Of a stretch of 58,017 bases of DNA, positions 51,124-58,017 are shown in pieces. A model generated the notes under the pieces. The model was not told the DNA's origin, searched no databases, and was given only the letters and a program-made list of their open reading frames with translations. Origin of the DNA: a virus (Duplodnaviria; Caudoviricetes). Where the stretch lies: positions 1 to 58,017 of the IMG/VR virus record IMGVR_UViG_3300045526_000297; one strand, 5' to 3'. A program made the translations under genes and the position numbers. Numbering within the stretch: the stretch's first letter is position 1; the number at the start of each line of letters is the position of its first letter.

Positions 51124-51525
51124 ATGACTTTAAGAACCAAAACCAAAACAGTTAATGTCATAACAGTAAGTGATTGGGATGATTTTGTGATGCTCACCTA
51201 TGGAAAGCATTATAATTTTCAACAACAAGATGGGTGTAAATCAAGAGGAACTTTTTACTTTACTCCAAATCCCTATGATGCCGAAGAGTTTGATTATGAG
51301 GCAACTGAAATTCCATTTGAAGTTAATGGTGAAGAAATGGGTGTGAGTTTTGAAACTTGGTTGAATACTGATTTTGATGATACTCGCAAACATTTTGAAT
51401 CTGATTTTGATAATCAGTTGTTTTGGGAAAGGAATTTCTACCCAGATGTAAATACGATTGTTTGGGACTTATATAAACGAGGATTGATTGAAGAATGTGA
51501 GTATATGATTGATATTGATTGGTGA
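51124..51525 (+). CDS. hypothetical acidic protein (single-gene cassette)
   Basis: 133-aa ORF between repeat copies 6 and 7. Confidence 0.8.
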   Translation: MTLRTKTKTVNVITVSDWDDFVMLTYGKHYNFQQQDGCKSRGTFYFTPNPYDAEEFDYEATEIPFEVNGEEMGVSFETWLNTDFDDTRKHFESDFDNQLFWERNFYPDVNTIVWDLYKRGLIEECEYMIDIDW

Positions 51526-51530
51526 GATTG

Positions 51531-51600
51531 GGACACCTGAAGAACTGGCACACCACTTCCCACAAGGAGGTGGTTTTGCCTTATAATACTCTCATACACA
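51531..51600 (+). promoter_or_regulatory. early promoter/stem-loop repeat, copy 7
   Basis: GGACACCTGAAGAACTGGCACACCACTTCCCACAAGGAGGTGGTTTTGCCTTATAAT. Confidence 0.85.
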
Positions 51601-51612
51601 CAGAAACCTTTT

Positions 51613-52105
51613 ATGGATTTACCAAAAAACTTCCCAGATGTAAATAGGATTGAAGTAATTTCAAGTGAAGGTGAAGAGTATTTTTGGGATGTTTATGATG
51701 AATGTTCTAATGTTCGGGTAAATATTCTTAACGAAGGGAAGACACTTAAAGTATTTTTAGTAAAAGGAAACTGAAATGATTACTGCAACTGAACTACTGG
51801 ACTTTCTCACCAAAGCACAAAGAGTTTCTGGTGTTGGAGCGACTTTTCTTCAAAATGATGAGGGTTATTACATCACTTTGTATTGTGATTGGCACGATGA
51901 TGCTATTTACAGCAAACAAAATGTTTTCATCAACAACGAAAATGAATCCACTTGGGAGAAAGGAGATTATGATTTTGACACGATGAATAACATTTTAGAT
52001 GAGATGATTGAAAGAGAAAAACAGAAAGAAATCAAAGCACAAAAACGAAAAGAACTGATTGCTCGTTTGACTGATGAAGAGAAAGAGTTGCTAAACCTCA
52101 AGTGA
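51613..52105 (+). other. two hypothetical CDSs (~51613-51774 and 51776-52105)
   Basis: ORFs between repeat copies 7 and 8. Confidence 0.7.
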
Positions 52106-52175
52106 CACTTGACGAACTGGCACAGGGACACTCCAAATGCCCCTGTGATGCCTTATAATAGTCTCATACACAACC
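52102..52175 (+). promoter_or_regulatory. early promoter/stem-loop repeat, copy 8
   Basis: GTGACACTTGACGAACTGGCACAGGG...CCCTGTGATGCCTTATAAT. Confidence 0.85.
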
Positions 52176-52180
52176 AAACA

Positions 52181-53154
52181 AATGGCACTCACTAAAAAAC
52201 AACTGATTGATGCTCTCCTCAACCTTGATGTTCCCGACGACACTATTGTAGTCAAAGCATCTGGTATTGGTTTTGAGGACATTTATGATGTGAATACTCA
52301 AAACATCGTAAGTTCTTCTTTCAAGGATAACGAAGAGTTCCCCGCAATTGTTTTGGACTGATACCTTATAATACTCTCATACACACAAAGGACTTATGAC
52401 CATCGAAACTACCACACGAATCAGTATCTGTCCAGACGAGGAATGGTTCTATACAGTTGAAGATCAGAACATTGCAACCAGTATGGATGGATGCACCATT
52501 TCTTATTGGGACAGTTGCGATAAACGATCAATGTATATCACTATGGAACCCGAAGAAGCACTTGCTATTGCTGATGCCATCTACAAACTCTTCAAGAAGA
52601 ACTGAAATGAAACCTCAAATGCTTGATGCCTACACAGATTATCCTATTGAGGGACTTGGTGATACTGAATTTGAAAAAGCACCCATCCGTAAATGCACCA
52701 TTCTCACTTGGGATAGGAACAAGTATTGTGATGTCCTTGTATATTTTGTAGATGAGGATGGGGATTTACGAGGACACCTTACCAACTTCAAGCAGTGGTA
52801 TTTGTATAAGAACGAAGCACGACTTGATGATGGAGTTCAATTTACTGATGATGAACTGAAAACTCTTTCTTGGACTTACTAATGGACTACGAAACTGAAA
52901 TCATAGATGGACGCAAAGCAATCGTTCGTCATTTCTTCAAAGCACACGAAATCCAAGTTGGTTCTCGTTGGGCACGGGCAGATGGTTCTAAAGGTTATGT
53001 GACTGTTGAAGGTCTCAATACTTATGGGAGCAATCCAACAGACCCTTGGATTGAAGTTGTGTATTCTTGGGAAAAAGATGGTGAGAAATTCACTCACGAA
53101 AAGGATACTTTTGCTTTCCAGTGTCGTTATTGTTTGATTGTTGAGGACACCTGA
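52181..53154 (+). other. four hypothetical CDSs (52181-52361, 52396-52605, ~52607-52882, 52882-53154)
   Basis: Coupled + strand ORFs. Confidence 0.7.
52362..52390 (+). promoter_or_regulatory. truncated repeat copy (only -10 and leader)
   Basis: CCTTATAATACTCTCATACACACAAA without the upstream GGACAC/hairpin portion. Confidence 0.7.
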
Positions 53155-53220
53155 AGAACTGGCACAAGGACACTCCAAATGCCCTGAGAATGCCTTATAA
53201 TACTCTCATAAGCAACCAAA
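53145..53220 (+). promoter_or_regulatory. early promoter/stem-loop repeat, copy 9
   Basis: GGACACCTGAAGAACTGGCACAAGGACACTCCAAATGCCCTGAGAATGCCTTATAAT. Confidence 0.85.
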
Positions 53221-53222
53221 CT

Positions 53223-54910
53223 GATGGACTACGAAACTTACATAGACATCAAGCAGTATTCTTCTGATGGAACTTTTCATTTCACTCTTAAAGTGACTGA
53301 TGTAATGAATATGGATTACTATTATGATGGTAGTGCTCCTACTCTTGAAGATGTTATGGGTTGTATCAAAATCTTTCTGAAAAATCACCAGAACTGAAAT
53401 GACTGACGAACAAATCCTTGAACTTGCTAAAACCTGTGGGTTTGGAACATACACAAATGATGATGGGACACCATCCGATTACTTTGATTGTTATTCGGAA
53501 CAACTCTTGAAGTTTGCCTGGGAAATCTATGGTATTGCTGCTGATGAAACCCTCCAAGATTATGAATCTAAATTTTGATTATGACTGACGAACAAGTGTT
53601 TGAACTTATTAGAAAGTATCTCCCAAAAAATCTTGCTTATAGGCAAGATGGTGGATTGCTTGACCCGTGTAAAATAGAAGGAACTCTTGGAGATGTTCTT
53701 GATTTTGTTAAAGCAATCTACACAGAAGGTTTCAAAGTGGGTTATGATGAGGGTTGGGAAAGTGCTAATGTAAGCACCAAAATGAATACTTGGAGTTCTG
53801 ATGATGACTAAACTATCTCCAAAAGCAGACGCAATTATGGAAGCATATTACGATATTGATACGACAGAAGAAGAGGGTATTGTTGCCCTTCTCCGTGAGG
53901 TAGTCAATCAACTTCAATACTACAACTTTGGTGAGGGAGAAGATATGATTGTAGATGCCCGTGCTATACTTGATATTGCTGATGAGTTGGAGGAGCACTT
54001 TAAATGACTAAACAAAACATTAGAGAAGTCCAATCATGTTATTTGGAAGGAAAAATTGATGATATGATTTATCAACTTACAAAATGGAAAAATGAAGGAT
54101 GGGAAGTAGTTTCTGATGATATTTTTATTGAACTTTATAAAACTCGATTAGAGACCGATGAGGAATATAATCACCGAATGAGTAATGAAAAAATTATGAA
54201 AGAACGTGCCGAAGCACAACGACGCAAACAGTATGAGAAACTCCGTGAGGAATTTGGTAATGACTGAAACTATTCAAACCCTCAAAGAGGATATTGCTGT
54301 TCTCCAAGAGAAACTACAAAAACTTGAAGAACAAGACCCTGAAATGCTACTATTGCGTCAAGGTAAAGTAGATATTGTTGATTATAATCATAGAACTCAT
54401 TATAGAATTGAATACACAGATAGTTTTTCTGGTGTTTATAAGTGGTTTGTGCGAAAATTGGGAGAAATTCCTTTTCTTGAAGAAGTTAGGGATGTAAATG
54501 TTTATGCTCTTCTTGAAGAACTTTACCAGAAAGAAGTAGTGAAACAAAAAGACGATTATCCTTATAAAAAATATACACCAGAAGAAACAGAACAATCTCT
54601 GAAAGAAGCATTTAGAGAAGCAGTCAAGCAGGGAATTGTTCACGAGGTTGATAAAGTTAGTGATGTTTTTATGAATGAAATGGTTGAGAAACTCAAAGGG
54701 CAAACTCTTTATGATGTGATTGCTGACTGGTGGAATGACGTATTTGCAAATGAAATGGATGATGGTAGTTGTATTGATGTTCTGGTGAGTAGAATTGATA
54801 AGTGGTTGCCGAAATATCAATCTGCTGAAGGTTCTCAAAATGCTTATGTTGAAAGTGCCGTAGAAGGTTTTAATGATGCAATTAAACAAATCAAGTCCAA
54901 GTTGAGGTAA
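53223..54910 (+). other. six hypothetical CDSs (including 53399-53578, a paralog of 44792-44983, and ~54260-54910)
   Basis: Coupled + strand ORFs. Confidence 0.7.
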
Positions 54911-54976
54911 GGACACTTCCCAAACCGGCACAAGGGCACTTGAACTTGCTTCCCTGATGCCATATAATACATTCGT
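54911..54976 (+). promoter_or_regulatory. early promoter repeat, copy 10
   Basis: GGACACTTCCCAAACCGGCACAAGGGCAC, TTGAAC-17-TATAAT. Confidence 0.85.
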
Positions 54977-54988
54977 CCTGTGAATCCA

Positions 54989-55336
54989 ATGAAAGTCAAC
55001 GGTTACGAAATCAAACCCTTTGCTAACCTTTATTGTGCTGACTTTAAGGGTGCTAATCTTGAGGGTGCTAACCTTAGGGGTGCTATCCTTTGGGGTGCTT
55101 ACCTTAATGGTGCTAACCTTGAGTATGCTTACCTTAGGTATGCTAACCTTAAGGGTGCTGACCTTGAGGGTGCTAACCTTAATGGTGCTAACCTTGAGGG
55201 TGCTAATGTAAAAGGAACCATTCTTGAGAAGAAAGAAGAACCTCAAGATGATACTTCACTGTCCCAAAAGGTCAAAGAACTTGAGGAAGAGAATAAGAAA
55301 CTCAAAGATACACTCAAGGCACTTCTGGACACTTGA
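54989..55336 (+). CDS. pentapeptide-repeat protein with C-terminal coiled coil
   Basis: A(N/D/Y)LxG repeats; [13 protein letters not shown]-terminus; [12 protein letters not shown] tail. Confidence 0.9.
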   Translation: MKVNGYEIKPFANLYCADFKGANLEGANLRGAILWGAYLNGANLEYAYLRYANLKGADLEGANLNGANLEGANVKGTILEKKEEPQDDTSLSQKVKELEEENKKLKDTLKALLDT

Positions 55337-55392
55337 AGAACCGGCACAAGGGCACTTGAACTTGCTTCCCTGATGCCCTATAATACATTCGT
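55327..55392 (+). promoter_or_regulatory. early promoter repeat, copy 11
   Basis: GGACACTTGAAGAACCGGCACAAGGGCAC, TTGAAC-17-TATAAT; overlaps the stop of the upstream gene. Confidence 0.85.
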
Positions 55393-55424
55393 AAATCAAA
55401 CAAACCCAAACGACTTACAAAACT

Positions 55425-55772
55425 ATGATTACTACTACTGCTACTGCTTCTCTTTCCACCATCGAAATCAACGGCATCACTTATGCCCCTGTTGGTTCTG
55501 GTTCTAACACTCTTCCCACTGGCAATCGTCACGTTGTTGTGATTGACCGTGGTTGGATTGTTGCAGGTGATGTGAGTACCGATGAGGTTACAAACGAACT
55601 TGTCGTGAGCAATGCCATTCACGTTTTCCGTTGGGAAAGCATCGGTTTCGCTGGTGTTCTCAAGAATCCTAAGGACTCTAAAGTGACTCTGATGGAACTT
55701 GCTTATCCCGTGAAAGTCCCTCAAGGTTCTGTTATCTTCACCATTCCCGTTCCCGAAACCTGGGGTAAGTGA
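55425..55772 (+). CDS. hypothetical small beta-barrel (Sm/SH3-like) protein heading the Gly-rich peptide cassette
   Basis: HVVVIDRGWIVAG...LVVSNAIHVFRW...GFAG...VKVP..SVIFTIPV pattern; fold call is by eye. Confidence 0.6.
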   Translation: MITTTATASLSTIEINGITYAPVGSGSNTLPTGNRHVVVIDRGWIVAGDVSTDEVTNELVVSNAIHVFRWESIGFAGVLKNPKDSKVTLMELAYPVKVPQGSVIFTIPVPETWGK

Positions 55773-55786
55773 TTCACGTCTCTTGG

Positions 55787-55822
55787 GAGGGTAGTGAGAA
55801 ATCATTACCCTCTTTTTTTTTT
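55787..55822 (+). terminator. intrinsic terminator
   Basis: 11-bp stem GAGGGTAGTGA/TCATTACCCTC, GAAA tetraloop, followed by T10. Confidence 0.9.
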
Positions 55823-55837
55823 ATCAGGAGGTCTTAA

Positions 55838-56053
55838 ATGACAGACTACTTTTATCCCGTAGGTAACGGTTACGGTGACGGTTACGGTAACGGTTACGGT
55901 GACGGTTCCGGTTCCGGTTACGGTTACGGTTACGGTGACGGTGACGGTTACGGTTACGGTGACGGTGACGGTTACGGTTACGGTGACGGTTACGGTAACG
56001 GTTACGGTGACGGTTACGATTCCATTTCCACAAGAACCCGTAGGAGGTCTTAA
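55838..56053 (+). CDS. Gly/Tyr-rich peptide 1 (71 aa)
   Basis: AGGAGGT RBS; MTDYFYPVG-(GX)n-SISTRTRRRS. Confidence 0.8.
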   Translation: MTDYFYPVGNGYGDGYGNGYGDGSGSGYGYGYGDGDGYGYGDGDGYGYGDGYGNGYGDGYDSISTRTRRRS

Positions 56054-56054
56054 A

Positions 56055-56180
56055 ATGACAGAATACTTTTATCCTGTAGGTTCCGGTGACGGTGACGGTC
56101 ACGGTTACGGTGACGGTTACGGTTTCGGTTACGGTTTCGGTCACGGTTCCATTTCCACAAGAACCCGTAGGAGGTCTTAA
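56055..56180 (+). CDS. Gly/Tyr-rich peptide 2 (41 aa)
   Basis: MTEYFYPVGSGDGDGHGYGDGYGFGYGFGHGSISTRTRRRS; RBS inside the previous RRRS codons. Confidence 0.8.
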   Translation: MTEYFYPVGSGDGDGHGYGDGYGFGYGFGHGSISTRTRRRS

Positions 56181-56181
56181 A

Positions 56182-56439
56182 ATGGCAGAATACTTTTATC
56201 CTGTAGGTTCCGGTGACGGTTACGGTCACGGTGACGGTTTCGGTGACGGTTACGGTTACGGTAACGGTTACAGTTCTGGTTCCGGTTCCGGTTACGGTTT
56301 CGGTGACGGTTTCGGTTACGGTGACGGTTTCGGTGACGGTTACGGTTACGGTAACGGTTACAGTTCTGGTTCCGGTTACGGTTACGGTTTCGGTAACGGT
56401 AACGGTTCCATTTCCACAAGAACCCGCAGGAGGTCTTAA
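56182..56439 (+). CDS. Gly/Tyr-rich peptide 3 (85 aa)
   Basis: MAEYFYPVG-(GX)n-SISTRTRRRS. Confidence 0.8.
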   Translation: MAEYFYPVGSGDGYGHGDGFGDGYGYGNGYSSGSGSGYGFGDGFGYGDGFGDGYGYGNGYSSGSGYGYGFGNGNGSISTRTRRRS

Positions 56440-56440
56440 A

Positions 56441-56536
56441 ATGACAGAATACTTTTATCCCGTAGGTAACGGTTACGGTGACGGTTACGGTTACGGTCAC
56501 GATTCCATTTCCACAAGAACCCGCAGGAGGTCTTAA
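56441..56536 (+). CDS. Gly/Tyr-rich peptide 4 (31 aa)
   Basis: MTEYFYPVGNGYGDGYGYGHDSISTRTRRRS. Confidence 0.8.
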   Translation: MTEYFYPVGNGYGDGYGYGHDSISTRTRRRS

Positions 56537-56537
56537 A

Positions 56538-56735
56538 ATGACAGAATACTTTTATCCTGTAGGTAACGGTTACGGTAGCGGTTACGGTGACGGTTACGGT
56601 TACGGTTACGGTTACGGTGACGGTGACGGTTACGGTTACGGTGACGGTTCCGGTTACGGTAACGGTTTCGGTTACGGTTCCGGTTACGGTAGCGGTTACG
56701 GTTCCATTTCCACAAGAACCCGCAGGAGGTCTTAA
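56538..56735 (+). CDS. Gly/Tyr-rich peptide 5 (65 aa)
   Basis: MTEYFYPVG-(GX)n-SISTRTRRRS. Confidence 0.8.
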   Translation: MTEYFYPVGNGYGSGYGDGYGYGYGYGDGDGYGYGDGSGYGNGFGYGSGYGSGYGSISTRTRRRS

Positions 56736-56736
56736 A

Positions 56737-56994
56737 ATGGCAGAATACTTTTATCCCGTAGGTAACGGTTACGGTGACGGTTCCGGTTACGGTTACGGTG
56801 ACGGTTACGGTTACGGTAACGGTTACGGTAACGGTTACGGTTTCGGTTACGGTTTCGGTTACAGTTCCGGTAACGGTTTCGGTAACGGTTACGGTTACGG
56901 TGACGGTTACGGTTCCGGTTACGGTTTCGGTGACGGTTCCGGTTCCGGTTACGGTTACGATTCCATTTCCACAAGAACCCGCAGGAGGTCTTAA
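56737..56994 (+). CDS. Gly/Tyr-rich peptide 6 (85 aa)
   Basis: MAEYFYPVG-(GX)n-SISTRTRRRS. Confidence 0.8.
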   Translation: MAEYFYPVGNGYGDGSGYGYGDGYGYGNGYGNGYGFGYGFGYSSGNGFGNGYGYGDGYGSGYGFGDGSGSGYGYDSISTRTRRRS

Positions 56995-57056
56995 ATGTCG
57001 CCTCTTTACCAAGAAACAAGAAAAAAATCACACTGAACTTGTGAGAGTATTGAAAC

Positions 57057-57130
57057 GGACACTTCCCAAACCGGCACAAGGGCACTTGAAAGCAGGTGCT
57101 CTTTCTGGTATGATATTCTCATACACAAAG
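57057..57130 (+). promoter_or_regulatory. early promoter/stem-loop repeat, copy 12
   Basis: GGACACTTCCCAAACCGGCACAAGGGCAC, TTGAAA-17-TATGAT. Confidence 0.85.
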
Positions 57131-57137
57131 AACTCTA

Positions 57138-57455
57138 ATGAAAGTCAACGGTTACGAAATCAAACCCTTTGCTGACCTTGTGGGTGCTAACCTTGAGGGT
57201 GCTAACCTTGAGGGTGCTGACCTTGTGGATGCTAACCTTTTTGGTGCTTACCTTAGGGGTGCTAACCTTGCGTATGCTGACCTTAGGGATGCTGACCTTT
57301 ATGTTGCTGACCTTGAGGGTGCTAATGTAAAAGGAACCATTCTTGAGAATAAAGAAGAATCTCAAGAGGAAACATCGCTCTCTCAAAAAGTCAAAGAACT
57401 TGAAGAAGAACTGAAGAAATATAAAAATACACTCAGGGCACTTTTGAATGAATAA
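57138..57455 (+). CDS. pentapeptide-repeat protein, paralog of 54989-55336
   Basis: Identical [12 protein letters not shown] start, ANLEG repeats, [22 protein letters not shown]. Confidence 0.9.
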   Translation: MKVNGYEIKPFADLVGANLEGANLEGADLVDANLFGAYLRGANLAYADLRDADLYVADLEGANVKGTILENKEESQEETSLSQKVKELEEELKKYKNTLRALLNE

Positions 57456-57460
57456 AACCT

Positions 57461-57799
57461 ATGAACATCCTTGAATACTACATTACACACGTCTTTCCAA
57501 CAGGATGGCAAACTGTAGCATCAGCATTTCGTATCTGGAAAGACCTGATGATTGGGAACTATCAGGACTATGCTCTGATGCCTGATGATGACCCAGAGCA
57601 AGAATGTATAGAATGGTTCTGGGCAACCTTAGGGGATGATGATGTTCTTCCTAAGGAGTTTCTTGAATACTTGTATCAACTATCAGAAGATGTAGAAACT
57701 GGTAAGGTAAAGACTTATCCACTAACAGAGAATATGTTTGATGAACTCAGAGACCTTGGAGTTGATTTAATAGAGGAGAAAGATGATGGGGCTCTTTGA
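57461..57799 (+). CDS. hypothetical acidic protein
   Basis: 112-aa ORF coupled to the upstream gene. Confidence 0.75.
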   Translation: MNILEYYITHVFPTGWQTVASAFRIWKDLMIGNYQDYALMPDDDPEQECIEWFWATLGDDDVLPKEFLEYLYQLSEDVETGKVKTYPLTENMFDELRDLGVDLIEEKDDGAL

Positions 57800-58017
57800 T
57801 TATGTAAGGTCTTCATATGATTTAGGACCTGACTTCACAAATGTAGAACTACAAACCAAGGGTCTTGATTGTTCTATGACAAGATATTGGATTGCTACGG
57901 ATGGTTGTCTATATGAACTGACGTATCGGGACACTCACGACTTTGTGGAGATTGGTGAGGATGATGATCGTTATGACCCAAACAGAAGATTTCTAAACTT
58001 TGAGTGGGTACCAACAG
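57786..58017 (+). CDS. 3'-truncated hypothetical protein
   Basis: MGLFDYVRSSYDLGPDFTNVELQTKGLDCSMTRYWI... is open to the window end. Confidence 0.7.
   Translation, partial: MGLFDYVRSSYDLGPDFTNVELQTKGLDCSMTRYWIATDGCLYELTYRDTHDFVEIGEDDDRYDPNRRFLNFEWVPT

Larger units (their letters stand above)
55825..56997 (+). repeat. tandem array of six units: conserved ~60-bp junction plus a variable GGTNNC hexamer microsatellite
   Basis: Junction TCCATTTCCACAAGAACCCGYAGGAGGTCTTAAAATGRCAGAATACTTTTATCCYGTAGGT; start-to-start distances 217, 127, 259, 97 and 199 bp. Confidence 0.97.

Noticed and set aside
738-53998. Numerous short minus-strand or overlapping ORFs in the track (e.g. 738-1151, 23424-23942, 36017-36520, 40082-40549)
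   Set aside because: They overlap well-supported genes on the opposite strand or frame, and lack RBS and plausible composition.
54350-55246. 298-aa minus-strand ORF with KVSTL repeats (also 57135-57386 and 55020-55211)
   Set aside because: Antisense or alternate-frame shadows of the pentapeptide genes.
55838-56994. Classical RiPP (cyanobactin/microviridin) precursor cluster
   Set aside because: The leader-core-follower layout is suggestive, but no YcaO, radical SAM, ATP-grasp, protease or transporter gene is present in the window.
55825-56997. CRISPR array (conserved repeat with variable spacers)
   Set aside because: The repeat is ~60 bp and contains stop, RBS and ATG; the 'spacers' are low-complexity hexamer runs of very unequal length; no cas genes are present.
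55824-57175. (VT)n and (RN/RH/RY)n ORFs in the track on both strands
   Set aside because: These are shadow frames of the GGTNNC microsatellite with no RBS. The AGGAGGT-ATG signals point to the Gly-X frame. Kept only as a speculative frameshift note.
1-58017. Alternative genetic code or stop-codon reassignment
   Set aside because: Core genes are full length in the standard code, all three stops terminate genes, and there is no suppressor tRNA.

Overview
This is an AT-rich segment of a T4-like (myovirus) phage genome, most likely a cyanophage. The assignment rests on gp32/gp53/gp48/gp4/gp26/gp51/gp5 gene order, giant 'VGIGT'-type fibre proteins, ATAAATA-type late promoters and pentapeptide proteins. 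Layout: (1) 1-32.8 kb is a replication, baseplate and tail-fibre module with a small cluster of three tRNAs (Ile-TAT, Ile-AAT, Leu-TAA). (2) 32.8-58 kb is an accessory early region of about 90 small, tightly coupled ORFs, punctuated by 13 copies of a ~65-bp promoter/stem-loop repeat; it also carries an SF2 helicase, a minimal ATP-dependent DNA ligase and a free-standing homing endonuclease. The standout is a cassette at 55.3-57.0 kb: promoter, a 115-aa beta-barrel-like gene, a terminator, then six head-to-tail mini-genes. Each encodes M(T/A)(D/E)YFYPVG-(Gly-X)n-SISTRTRRRS, with fixed ends and a variable-length hexamer core, and the cassette is bracketed by two paralogous pentapeptide-repeat genes. 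Other notable signals are a -1 slippery site joining gp26 to gp51, a stand-alone EF-Ts N-terminal-domain mimic, two non-canonical Ile tRNAs and a putative antisense sRNA upstream of the homing endonuclease. All product calls come from motif recognition by eye; no searches were run.
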